A stretch of 64,000 bases of DNA from Leptospiraceae bacterium. Lineage in GTDB: Bacteria; Spirochaetota; Leptospiria; Leptospirales; Leptonemataceae. The stretch covers positions 608,001 through 672,000 of the forward strand of contig JAVJNR010000004.1 in assembly GCA_040217195.1 (NCBI GenBank), given 5' to 3'. The notes beneath the pieces were generated by a model. It saw only the letters and a program-made list of their open reading frames with translations, was not told the origin of the DNA and ran no database searches. The translations under genes were made by a program, and so were the position numbers. Shown one piece after another: positions 26,686 through 36,398 of the stretch (the stretch's first letter is position 1; each line of letters begins with the position of its first letter).

Positions 26686-26720
26686 TACCGTCAGTCGGAG
26701 AATTTTTCCGGGCTTTACGG

Positions 26721-27680
26721 ATGCTGCCTTGCTTGCAGGATTGGGCCGTGAACGCAACCCAGGACCGGACCACAAAACGCAAACTACTAATTTTCGCCGG
26801 CATCCTGCTGGCACTCATCGGTGGAGCTCAGCTATTCATTCATCTCTTTCCGGGTATCATACTCAGCGCCATGACTCGCTATTATGCCTTTCAGGCAAAC
26901 GTTGAGCAACGCTTCGTGGACATAGAAGGATACAGGATTCCGTATTATCGCGGAGGAGAAGGTCCTACTCTTGTGCTGGTCCATGGTTTTGGAGACAGCA
27001 AGATCAGCTTTTTACAAACGGCCTCTTTTCTCACCGATAGTTATGATGTAATTCTGCTGGATTTACCTGGATTTGGTGACACAGAACAAATCGCAGATCG
27101 CAACTATTCAATTCGCAGGCAGGCAGAGACTCTAAATAAGTTTCTGGAAACAATTCAAACAGGCCCTGTATATCTGGCTGGCAATAGTATGGGAGGACAT
27201 ATTGGCGCTGCATTAACTCTAATGCATCCAGATCAGGTCCGAAAGTTAGTTCTACTGAACGCCGCGGGCTTGCGAGTGGACGATCCAGTTCCCTACAAAC
27301 CAGCCGAGGCGCCGCTTCGCACGGTAGATGATTTTGATAAATCCATAGGAGAGATGTTCAAGCGAAAGCCATACATTCCCACAGCATTCAAGATTCATTT
27401 TGTTGCCAACTCTCAGAAGAATTTCTTATGGCTAAATCGAATTCGTCAGGATATTCGAGAAGGAAAAGACTATATACTGAATGATCGAGCGGCCAGTATT
27501 CTAACCCAGACTCTGATCATCTGGGGAGATTCCGATACCGTTGTCAGTCCGGCCCATGCCCAGGTTTGGTCCCGGCTGTTGCCCAACTCCACATTAATCA
27601 TTCTGGACCAGACTGGGCATGCTCCTCAATATGAACGACCGGAAGACACGGCCCTAATTCTAAAGAGCTTTCTCCTCTAG
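26721..27680 (+). CDS. Alpha/beta hydrolase (lipase/esterase) with N-terminal membrane anchor
   Basis: VLVHGFG, DLPGFG, GNSMGG nucleophile, WGDSD, TGHAPQYE. Start trimmed to ATG 26721 because the ORF-track start lies inside the 5S gene. Confidence 0.9.
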   Translation: MLPCLQDWAVNATQDRTTKRKLLIFAGILLALIGGAQLFIHLFPGIILSAMTRYYAFQANVEQRFVDIEGYRIPYYRGGEGPTLVLVHGFGDSKISFLQTASFLTDSYDVILLDLPGFGDTEQIADRNYSIRRQAETLNKFLETIQTGPVYLAGNSMGGHIGAALTLMHPDQVRKLVLLNAAGLRVDDPVPYKPAEAPLRTVDDFDKSIGEMFKRKPYIPTAFKIHFVANSQKNFLWLNRIRQDIREGKDYILNDRAASILTQTLIIWGDSDTVVSPAHAQVWSRLLPNSTLIILDQTGHAPQYERPEDTALILKSFLL

Positions 27681-27732
27681 CGAATTCCCGGTCCGGGCTA
27701 CTGCAGACTCATTTCTAAATATTGCTACTGGC

Positions 27733-30186
27733 TCAGGATAAAACCCTGTATTCACCGCCTTTCATCCTCCTTCGCACAGATTTATCCTCCGGATTAATCT
27801 GTAATAGCAGCAACCATTCATTTTCCACCAGATCATGTACGACCTGGTGTTTGCGAATGATGGACTCTATGGCTTCTTCCGGAGCTTCGATAAATACACT
27901 GAGACGAAGGGGCTCGTGTACCAGACGCTCTCCATCGTGCACAGACTGAATGGGAAGACCTACACGCAGATCGCCACCGTTGCCTTCCTGAACACCGGTT
28001 TCACATACCAGGTTGTGAAGGATTTTGGAACCGGAACCGTAGACGCCGGGAGCCACCGACGATGCATAGTATTGCATATTAATCCAGTTAGTAACCACCA
28101 TGGGAGCGGTCATAATCAGTTCCAGGCTTTCAAATCCTTCATCGCAGGAGCAATCGTAATTGTGCAGGAAGGAACGACCATGTAGATTCATCCCTCGAGT
28201 TCTCTCTCTTGGAGCCACAATGAAGGATGCATTTCCGGTAAGCCCCCATTCCGGACGAATTTCGGCCCAGTTTCTGGGACGACGATTGAAATGAGGATCC
28301 AGGACAGGCGATCGGGCTACACTTCGTTCTTTCCTGGCTTTCTTCGAGGCCCGGTCCATAGTTTTCTGTAGCTCTTCTACTTCCGTTCTTTTACCATCCG
28401 GAATACGATGCATATCCAGGATGTAAATGTTGTCGGTTACGGTTTCATGGATAGCCGGTACAAACAGGGTAGAAGCAGGTATGTCTACTCCCTGGTTCTT
28501 CAGCTCTCTTCTGATATCTTCATCGTTCAATAACGATGCAAGTAATCTGGCATTTATATCTCCTGCATGTCCACCGCAGGCGCCGCAATCCAGAGAAGAA
28601 CCGAATGCATTGTTCGTAGTATCCGCCCCGTGTCCTACCAGAAAAACAATATCTCCCATGCCATTTAAGAGACCCATATGCCTCAAGGGACCTCTGGCAA
28701 GGGAGGCTTTCGCAGAGATGTCCATGGGTTTCCCATCGGCACCAATTAAATTTTTGTGATCCGGTATGGTTCTGCCATCATCGAACCTCTGGGGCAAATT
28801 GTTACCCCGGAATCTTCGCATAAGCGAATGAAAAGTCTGACGAACTACCTTCTCAACGGATAGAAGGCCAAACAACTCTACGAACAGAAATGAAGAAAGG
28901 GGAGCTTTTCGAAGATTGCGAAAGTAACTCAAGATCATTACAGTGTTCAAGGATTTCCGTCCCACCCGAGCATTTTTTCTGGGCTCTTCGGTTACAGTGA
29001 ATCCTGGCTTGAGCAGTACAGGTAATCGGCTAGCTGCATTCTTTTCGCTAATCTGCTTATAGGCAAATGGCAGCCCGAAGAATCCGGCAAATCCAATGGT
29101 GGAAATCTGTGGGTCTTCTGCCTCCAGGCGTCTGCGGATTACTTCAGAACGAACATCTATACAAAAGACCATCTGATAGCGCGAAGGCTGCCCGGGACTG
29201 TCATTGTCCACAAAGCCGGAGGCAATTCGCTTCTGGAAGGATCGCTCCTGGGCACATTGCCAGACATAGTGCAGCCTGTAGCCAGGAACCATTCGATCCG
29301 GTTGGCTTCCCAGTTCATTATATGTAGTCTGCCAGAAAGATAAAGCCGGCGCGAAATCTGTATCCTGGGAAAATCGAAACAACCCGTAGTCATAGAGTAA
29401 TCGCACAGCCAGTAAATCCAGGACGCTAGTCTTCCTGGAGACTTCATATCCCAGGGAAGTCTGCCATTCCAGATACTTGAACTGAGAGGCCCAGCCAAGC
29501 ACAGATGCAAGCAGTCGCTGCAGGTAGAGCTTCTGCGCATCTGCAGAAACCAGACCCATTTCGCTCAGTGCTTTTTCAATTGCCTGCTGCAAAGGCAGAT
29601 CCTTTAACTCGCTTACATACTGGCGAAATCCCAGAGCACCATACGCTTCCATGGATCGATCATAGATAATGGCTTCACCGAATGCATCCCAGAAGCTACC
29701 ATCCTGCCCCGGAAAGGGGGCCAGAGCCTGCTGATCGTCCAGATAGGCGGCCACCATTTTGCCCAGGTCCTGCTGCACACATCGATGCCAGTATTGATTG
29801 GCCTGGATTTGTTCGGCCACCGATGGATAGCGGCGAATCATTGCATCTGCACCCCGGGAAAGTTGAATCAGATCATCCACATTTCGTGGCATTTCTTCCC
29901 AGTCTGACCGAAAATCGTCCAGAACGGATTCCAGGGAGGAGTCCGTAATATTGCCTCGTGCAAACTCTTCCAGGTAGTATTGCAGAGGCATAAGAAGCGA
30001 AGCATGCAGGATGGGCGAAAGCTCTGTAAGCACCTGGTAAAAGGAACGATCCCTTAAAAACCAGAAAGGATTCACAGCTGCAACACTCTGAAGCGGCCAG
30101 GATGGGGTGACCAGTGTCAGAGTTGTCTCCGGTGAAATGGCCAGGGAGGATTGGCTGTTTTGTTCATTCATCGGTTGATCTTTCAT
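27733..30186 (-). CDS. dabA: DabA/MpsB (DUF2309, UPF0753) inorganic carbon transporter subunit, beta-carbonic-anhydrase-like
   Basis: WPLQSVAAVNPF, FCIDVRSE, VGHG, SLDCGACGG, RPEWGL, SFLHNYD, WINMQYY, HEPLRL. Confidence 0.93.
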   Translation of the reverse strand: MKDQPMNEQNSQSSLAISPETTLTLVTPSWPLQSVAAVNPFWFLRDRSFYQVLTELSPILHASLLMPLQYYLEEFARGNITDSSLESVLDDFRSDWEEMPRNVDDLIQLSRGADAMIRRYPSVAEQIQANQYWHRCVQQDLGKMVAAYLDDQQALAPFPGQDGSFWDAFGEAIIYDRSMEAYGALGFRQYVSELKDLPLQQAIEKALSEMGLVSADAQKLYLQRLLASVLGWASQFKYLEWQTSLGYEVSRKTSVLDLLAVRLLYDYGLFRFSQDTDFAPALSFWQTTYNELGSQPDRMVPGYRLHYVWQCAQERSFQKRIASGFVDNDSPGQPSRYQMVFCIDVRSEVIRRRLEAEDPQISTIGFAGFFGLPFAYKQISEKNAASRLPVLLKPGFTVTEEPRKNARVGRKSLNTVMILSYFRNLRKAPLSSFLFVELFGLLSVEKVVRQTFHSLMRRFRGNNLPQRFDDGRTIPDHKNLIGADGKPMDISAKASLARGPLRHMGLLNGMGDIVFLVGHGADTTNNAFGSSLDCGACGGHAGDINARLLASLLNDEDIRRELKNQGVDIPASTLFVPAIHETVTDNIYILDMHRIPDGKRTEVEELQKTMDRASKKARKERSVARSPVLDPHFNRRPRNWAEIRPEWGLTGNASFIVAPRERTRGMNLHGRSFLHNYDCSCDEGFESLELIMTAPMVVTNWINMQYYASSVAPGVYGSGSKILHNLVCETGVQEGNGGDLRVGLPIQSVHDGERLVHEPLRLSVFIEAPEEAIESIIRKHQVVHDLVENEWLLLLQINPEDKSVRRRMKGGEYRVLS

Positions 30187-30187
30187 C

Positions 30188-31687
30188 TTAAGCCCCTCCT
30201 CTGGAAGTTAGCGGAGTATTCTTTTCCATCCAGCGATCAGATAGAGCAGAAAAGTAGCCTCCATTGAGCAGAAATACATACAGGCGGCGAGTCATTCGGT
30301 CGCCCCTTTGCAGAGATCTGGTAAGCAGAAGGCCAATAAAGAATAACCCAACAGCTATCAAGCTTGCGAATAAATAGGAACTATTGGGAACAGGAGAGCC
30401 TGTGTCAGGAGCCAGACCTTCCAGATACAGACCAAGGGAATATTCCACAATACCGTACAGACCAATTGCAAGAGTCATCAATGTCAGGACGCCGGCCCAG
30501 ACGCGAATTCGTGAATAATCCACCATACTATGCCCGGCATTCTGGATAAGTCCCAGCCATAGCACGGTTCCGTAAATAAAGAGCGCAAAATGATTTCCGC
30601 CCCTGAACTCCAGGGCGATATAGATAAGCAAACCAGTGCCGGCCAGAGCCAGCAGAAGTCCAGGCCAGGAAATGGGCCTTAATTTGAAACCAGATTTTCG
30701 CGCCTCCTCCACAAGAGCACCGGTGGAAAGAAATGCATGGGCTTTGTAGAAACTGTGCGCGAAAATATGGAATAATGCGATGCTGTAGGCACCGAGACCG
30801 CAGGCAAATAGCATCATTCCCATTTGACTGATGGTGGAGTATCCCAGCTTTTTTTTGATGTTGCTCTGAGTAATCATAGATAGCGCTCCATACACCGAGG
30901 TAAGCGCACCTGCAAAAATCAGTAGCGAAGGACCATACTGGACTTCCAGCAAAGGACTCATTCGAATCATAAGAAACCCGCCAGCATTGATAATGCCTGC
31001 ATGCATTAAAGCCGACACAGGAGCAGGCGTTGCCATAGTATCCGGTAGCCAGAAATGAAAAGGAAACTGAGCTGACTTAATCATCGCTCCAATCACAAAT
31101 AGAAGTACTATGGCTTCCATCCTGAGCGAAGATTGACGATAGGCTGGCCAGCTCTCATAGAGAGCAAAGATTCGTTCGAATTCCAGTGTATTGAATGTGT
31201 CAAAAACCAGCAGAATTCCAGCAATAAGAGCCAGGTCTCCGAATCGACTTACTACAGCCTTTTTCCTGGCAGCATTCAGAGCTTCCGGCCTGTCATTGAA
31301 ATACACAAGCAGTCTGTGCAACCCGTAACTGGTAAGGAGCCAGGCAGCAAACAGCATCAACAGATTACTCGAAAGTACAAATAATGATACAGCGAAAACA
31401 GTTAGAAGAAGGTACTGGTAATAGTACCATTGACGCTCTTCGCCATCCAGATGCCTGATTGCAAATCGTCCAATGGCTGCCGCAAGTACGGAAATCATGA
31501 AAAATAGAATCGTAGAAAGCGCATCAAAGCGCAGAGATAGAGCTACCTGAAAGCGCAGAATCGTAAATCGAATTACCTGAAGCGTATCCGGGCCCTGAAT
31601 TAGAACCCATAAGCAAGACAATAGGGCTATGAGTGCAAGAAACCAGAGCAGACCATGGACGACTCGAATGCTAATGTACCTTCGCAT
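30188..31687 (-). CDS. dabB: DabB/MpsA NuoL-like proton-conducting membrane subunit
   Basis: KSAQFPFHFWLPDTMATPAPVSALMHAGIINAGG, YSTISQMG, HSFYKAHAFL; 1 bp from dabA. Confidence 0.92.
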   Translation of the reverse strand: MRRYISIRVVHGLLWFLALIALLSCLWVLIQGPDTLQVIRFTILRFQVALSLRFDALSTILFFMISVLAAAIGRFAIRHLDGEERQWYYYQYLLLTVFAVSLFVLSSNLLMLFAAWLLTSYGLHRLLVYFNDRPEALNAARKKAVVSRFGDLALIAGILLVFDTFNTLEFERIFALYESWPAYRQSSLRMEAIVLLFVIGAMIKSAQFPFHFWLPDTMATPAPVSALMHAGIINAGGFLMIRMSPLLEVQYGPSLLIFAGALTSVYGALSMITQSNIKKKLGYSTISQMGMMLFACGLGAYSIALFHIFAHSFYKAHAFLSTGALVEEARKSGFKLRPISWPGLLLALAGTGLLIYIALEFRGGNHFALFIYGTVLWLGLIQNAGHSMVDYSRIRVWAGVLTLMTLAIGLYGIVEYSLGLYLEGLAPDTGSPVPNSSYLFASLIAVGLFFIGLLLTRSLQRGDRMTRRLYVFLLNGGYFSALSDRWMEKNTPLTSRGGA

Positions 31688-31920
31688 AGAGAAATAGCAA
31701 CTCCTGTTGGATTCAGCTCACAGAAAGAAATCATGCGAACGTTTTTTCGGCAATAGAATTCTTGCGCAAGCCAGTTCAGGGCCAAGGTCTCCAGTGCGGC
31801 AGAGCAATAAAGTAGAATCTTGAGAAAACCTGAGACAGAAATCCGTCGCTGCAATACCAGTGGCTGTCCGAACGATTCTAATAGCTCATCGAACAGCCGA
31901 AGTTAGTGACAGAGCATCAA

Positions 31921-32781
31921 TCAAGGTATTAGTGGATGCTCCGGCATATCCTGATCAAAGCTGCAGTAAAATGTTGCAATGGCTTCCTTGCGAAGGGTCC
32001 AGTGTCCCCGGGTTACGATTACAACGGTGCGTATCTTATCTTCTTGTTTGGCTCCCCCTACAAACCATACAGTTTTATTCCAGGCTCCGGTCTTACCATA
32101 CAAATGCAGATCCGGATTACTGCTTCTATCCATTGCCGTTCTGGGCCATTCAATTAAAGGAAGTAACTCTGTGGATTTCGGAAGTTCTTCATTGAGAATC
32201 CGTTCCATAAACATGAATTGATGCAAAGGCGTGGTTTTCATATCCCCGCCATGAACGATTTCTTCCATCTTCTCTGGCCATTGCGCAGGTAACTTGCCGG
32301 GAAAGTAATCCAGAGCCTCCAGGGAATTACGAAAGAACGATGTACCTTTTTTTCGAGTGAGCTCTATAAAATAATCGTTACTGGAATACAGAAGGGCCTC
32401 TGAAAGATTAATTTTCCGTGGAGTACCTTTGATGTATGGATCTTTCACCAGGATTTGAGTGTCTGGACTGAATCCATCTTTCAGCAATGCAAGTGCCAGG
32501 GCGGGCTTGATTGTGGAGGCCGGGTCCAGAAGAAGTTTCTCCAGGTCAGTGTTGCCGTATCTTTGAACCGAGGAGCCTTCCTTGACCAGCACCAGAAAGC
32601 TGGATTCTACCGGTGGACAGGTGGAGACGGGCAGAGACCGGGCCGAAGGGCTACAGGATGAGACCAGTAGCCAGAGCAGAATTAGAGTGACATAACCCGG
32701 GATCTCATATGGCCTCTTACCCGATTGGGCCTTTAAGGTTGACCGCTCACCGGGCAAATTGCAGTTTCGAGTTGCGTTCAT
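31921..32781 (-). CDS. Penicillin-binding (class D beta-lactamase/BlaR sensor-like) lipoprotein
   Basis: PASTIK (SxxK), YSSNDYF (SxN), YGKTG (KTG), WFVG; lipobox LVSSC. Start uncertain. Confidence 0.75.
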   Translation of the reverse strand: MNATRNCNLPGERSTLKAQSGKRPYEIPGYVTLILLWLLVSSCSPSARSLPVSTCPPVESSFLVLVKEGSSVQRYGNTDLEKLLLDPASTIKPALALALLKDGFSPDTQILVKDPYIKGTPRKINLSEALLYSSNDYFIELTRKKGTSFFRNSLEALDYFPGKLPAQWPEKMEEIVHGGDMKTTPLHQFMFMERILNEELPKSTELLPLIEWPRTAMDRSSNPDLHLYGKTGAWNKTVWFVGGAKQEDKIRTVVIVTRGHWTLRKEAIATFYCSFDQDMPEHPLIP

Positions 32782-35700
32782 GGAATTGCCATCCTTCATA
32801 CAGCTGAACTTTCATGCTATAAGCTCCAGTACGGCAACTGCATTCACTTTATTCGCAAGCCTTTTCTTTCTAATTTCCGTGCCGCGACGCTCAGCGGCCA
32901 CTATGCATCTGGGACTGGGCCTGATGTTCATAGGCATTGCCAATGTGGCCTACATTGTTACCTCCACAGTGTACCATCCCATGGCAGCATTTCATCGCTA
33001 CCTGACTGTGTCCTTTGTTCCCCTGGCCGCACTTCATTTTGGGCACTTCTTCTGGAATTTTCCGAACAACCCGCACAAAACCCTTTCTCGCTGGTTGCTC
33101 TTATCTCAGTGGACCGTCACTCTCCTGCTAACGGGGCTCTTCATTCACTCCACCGCCGGCGGAGATCGCTGGTTTCGCTTCAGTGCCCATTACTGGGATT
33201 TCGCGGAGTGGGAGCTCAGTTCCTACATCGCCAATCTAATTGCACTCTTTGTTCTAATGGTGCCGGCCATTGCTGTCTGGAAGATGATTCGAAATGACCG
33301 TAAACTGCGCTGGACCATTTTCTGGATGATGCTCGCCTTCCTGGCTGGCACCCTCCTTCCTGCAGTGGCCAACAAGCTCAGTCATGCCGGCCGAATGAGT
33401 CGCGGCACTTTTCAAGTACTCTATAACCTGATGACGATTCTGGGCTTTTTTGCATTAATTGTAATCTACGTTAATAAAACTCTGGATCGCACTACGTTTC
33501 TGGCGAAAATCGTGGGGATTAGCCTGGTTACCATCCTGGTCATCTTTCAGTGGTTGAGCTATGCATCTTATTTGCAGGCAGAAAACGCTTATAACAGGCT
33601 TCGCATCAAAGATATAAAGCTATCCATTGCAACCGGGGAGCATTCACCGGATCTACAGTATCTAATTAAATATGAGCCCGAGCAAGGAGTCTCCTTCGTC
33701 TACCATACAGGGCCACCTGAATTACCGGACAGAATTCGAGATATGTTTAGGGTCGCTTCTTCTGTGGATGTGAAAGCAGCTCAAGGGGTTGCAACCCCCT
33801 TCAATCATGAAGAGTGGGCGGATGGCTATCTGCAAGGGTATGCCCATTATCTAACTTCGGAGGACTCAAAGACTACGGAGGAGAGATTCAAGGATTTACA
33901 GAAGCAACTTCGCATTCGGCGTATTCAAATACGAATGATGCCTCAACGTAAATCGGACCAACTGGAAGCAAATTTGCAGAAGTGGTCTGAATCAGATGGA
34001 ATTCTACAACCGTTCGACCAGGCCGCCTATAACGCCTGGCGGAGAATCAAAGAAGGTTCCAGTACTTCCGAAGAAAAGAAAGAGGAGCTTTTTCGCTATT
34101 ATCTTCCGGTCCATCCAGCCGGGGAACGCTACTACAGGGATGATCCAAATTACGGGCATCTGGTTTGTTTTGCCATACCTGGCTCAAGACCAGGGGAATA
34201 CTATGAAGCCGGGTTTTCCTATCTGGCATATAGACAGCAACAGATGGATGTTGCCCAGGCAGAATTCTGGATGCTCATCGGATGTTTAATCATCGTTCTG
34301 GCAGGTTTCCGGGTATTTTTTAAGCAGACCTTGATCGATCCTCTGCAGGCCCTGCTTAGAGGTGTACAGAAAATCAATACAGGGGACTTAAACATTCGAC
34401 TACCTGTTCAGGTTCAGGATGAAATCGGTTTTCTTACCGGTTCCTTCAATCGCATGGTTACTTCCATTCGGACAGCCCGGGGCCAACTTCAGGATTATGC
34501 CACAACTCTGGAAGATAGGGTACAGGAGCGGACACTGGAACTTCAGGATACAGTAAAGAGAATCCAGGAATTAAAAACCAGACAGGACGGAGACTTCTTT
34601 CTGACCAGCCTGTTAATCCATCCTCTAACGTCCAACCAGGTTCAAAGTCCTGGAATCCAGACCGATATGCTTCTTCTACAGAAGAAGAGGTTTTCTTTCC
34701 GTCGATGGAATGGAGAGATCGGCGGCGATTTTTGCAGCACACATACGATTGAACTTAGAGGTCGAAGATGTATTGTCTTTTTGAACGGCGATGCGATGGG
34801 AAAATCCCTGCAGGGTGCGGCCGGAGCACTCATTCTGGGAAGCGTTTTTGAGTCTATAATTCAGCGAACTGAGCTAAGCCAGGAGATTCAAACACTATAT
34901 CCAGAAATGTGGCTCAGGGATGCATACCTGGAACTTCAAAAGATATTCTGTACATTTGATGGGTACATGATGGCATCTATGGTTCTGGGTGTGGTTGAGG
35001 AGGATTCCGGGCTGATGTATTTCCTGAATGCGGAGCATCCCTGGCCGGTGCTCTATCGAAATTCGACTGCAACCTTTCCAGTAGTTGAACAGGATCGGAT
35101 TATTCATAAACTTGGAATTCCTCATTCAGAGAAAAATTTGCGAATCTACACTCTTCAGCTTCTTCCCGGCGATGTATTCATTTCCGGAAGCGATGGAAGG
35201 GATGATCTAATTATCGGTGCAGATTCAGAAGGAAATCGTATCTACAATATGGATGAGTCCGCCTTTCTTTCCGTTGTGGAGCAAAGCAAGGGTCATCTGC
35301 CTGCCATTCAGGACAATCTGCAGCAGAGAGGCCAGATTTCCGATGATCTTTCCCTGCTTCGCATTGAACTACAGGGACAGCAGGCCATTCCCAGAGTGGA
35401 AATATCGAAACAGGAGCTGGCATTAAAAGCCAGCGACCCATCCAGCTATGAGAGCGCCATAAATGAGCGAATTTCAGATCTACAGAGAAGCGGTGAACCC
35501 GTCCCGGCCGACCTGTATCGCGAGTTGTTTGAAATTTCATTTCGCAACCAGGACTATGAAAAGGCGGCTCGTATCAGCGATGAATGGTTACTAAGGCAGA
35601 ATGGCGATACCAGGTATCTTTATCTGTCTAGCTATGCACTTAAGAGATCGCAGAGAATCGAAGAAGCTCGTATCCAGGCCGAACGAGTGTTGCTTCGAGA

Positions 35701-35866
35701 TCCCCACCATGCAAATAATCTGGTAAACCTTGCAGATATCTATCGAATGCTTGGTCTGGTGGATAAAGCAGAGAATTGCATTGAAAGAGCTCTGGAATTG
35801 AGACCCGGGCATAAGAGCGCTGAATTAATCAAGAAAGCCTTGAGCGAATTGAGGGCCGAACTCTAA
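32780..35866 (+). CDS. Membrane sensor with HAMP, SpoIIE/PP2C phosphatase and TPR domains
   Basis: About 8 TM helices, HAMP (PLQALLRGVQKINTGDL...DEIGFLTGSFNRM), PP2C motifs IGGDF, GDAMGK, NAEHP, GSDG and DDLSLL; C-terminal TPR helices. Confidence 0.92.
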   Translation: MELPSFIQLNFHAISSSTATAFTLFASLFFLISVPRRSAATMHLGLGLMFIGIANVAYIVTSTVYHPMAAFHRYLTVSFVPLAALHFGHFFWNFPNNPHKTLSRWLLLSQWTVTLLLTGLFIHSTAGGDRWFRFSAHYWDFAEWELSSYIANLIALFVLMVPAIAVWKMIRNDRKLRWTIFWMMLAFLAGTLLPAVANKLSHAGRMSRGTFQVLYNLMTILGFFALIVIYVNKTLDRTTFLAKIVGISLVTILVIFQWLSYASYLQAENAYNRLRIKDIKLSIATGEHSPDLQYLIKYEPEQGVSFVYHTGPPELPDRIRDMFRVASSVDVKAAQGVATPFNHEEWADGYLQGYAHYLTSEDSKTTEERFKDLQKQLRIRRIQIRMMPQRKSDQLEANLQKWSESDGILQPFDQAAYNAWRRIKEGSSTSEEKKEELFRYYLPVHPAGERYYRDDPNYGHLVCFAIPGSRPGEYYEAGFSYLAYRQQQMDVAQAEFWMLIGCLIIVLAGFRVFFKQTLIDPLQALLRGVQKINTGDLNIRLPVQVQDEIGFLTGSFNRMVTSIRTARGQLQDYATTLEDRVQERTLELQDTVKRIQELKTRQDGDFFLTSLLIHPLTSNQVQSPGIQTDMLLLQKKRFSFRRWNGEIGGDFCSTHTIELRGRRCIVFLNGDAMGKSLQGAAGALILGSVFESIIQRTELSQEIQTLYPEMWLRDAYLELQKIFCTFDGYMMASMVLGVVEEDSGLMYFLNAEHPWPVLYRNSTATFPVVEQDRIIHKLGIPHSEKNLRIYTLQLLPGDVFISGSDGRDDLIIGADSEGNRIYNMDESAFLSVVEQSKGHLPAIQDNLQQRGQISDDLSLLRIELQGQQAIPRVEISKQELALKASDPSSYESAINERISDLQRSGEPVPADLYRELFEISFRNQDYEKAARISDEWLLRQNGDTRYLYLSSYALKRSQRIEEARIQAERVLLRDPHHANNLVNLADIYRMLGLVDKAENCIERALELRPGHKSAELIKKALSELRAEL

Positions 35867-35934
35867 TCCTGCTGGGCCATTCCCGGCCTTTTAGCCCTGG
35901 ATATTTGGTAAAACTTTCGGATAGAACGGGCGAA

Positions 35935-36378
35935 TCAGGACTGTTCTTCCAAATTCTTTATGCTCTGTATTTGACGCAGGTTCCACTCATCCTTGCTTAA
36001 TGGAGTGGAAAACCAGGCTTCCAGAATTTCACGGGCCAGAGGCTCGGAGGTTTTTCGCATACTGAGAGCCAGGACGTTGGCATGATTCCATATCCGCGCT
36101 CCCCGGGCGGTTTCCGCATCAGCACACAGTGCTGCACGAATTCCGACTACCTTGTTTGCAGCGATGGTAGCTCCTGTGCCGGTCCAGCACATTACGATAC
36201 CTTCATCGAATTCTCCGGCGGCAACTTTTCGCGCTGCTTGCGCCGTTACATCGGGCCAGTCCTTTTCCTCTCCCGGAGAAGGACCAATATAGACACATTC
36301 ATGGCCTGATTTCTTCACCGCTGCTTCCACAACGGGTATCAGACTTCCGTATTCATCGCTGGAGAAAACAATTCGCAT
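35935..36378 (-). CDS. rpiB: RpiB/LacA/LacB family sugar-phosphate isomerase
   Basis: GIVMCWTGTGATIAANKVVGIRAALC, ARIWNHANVLALS. Confidence 0.85.
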   Translation of the reverse strand: MRIVFSSDEYGSLIPVVEAAVKKSGHECVYIGPSPGEEKDWPDVTAQAARKVAAGEFDEGIVMCWTGTGATIAANKVVGIRAALCADAETARGARIWNHANVLALSMRKTSEPLAREILEAWFSTPLSKDEWNLRQIQSIKNLEEQS

Positions 36379-36398
36379 AGACACACTTCAGACTAGCA

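Noticed and set aside
30188..31687. Respiratory complex I nuoL
   Set aside because: No other nuo genes nearby and directly coupled to a DUF2309 gene, which identifies it as DabB/MpsA.
31921..32781. Acquired OXA beta-lactamase resistance gene
   Set aside because: SxN instead of SxV, missing YGN and omega-loop Trp, and no mobile context.
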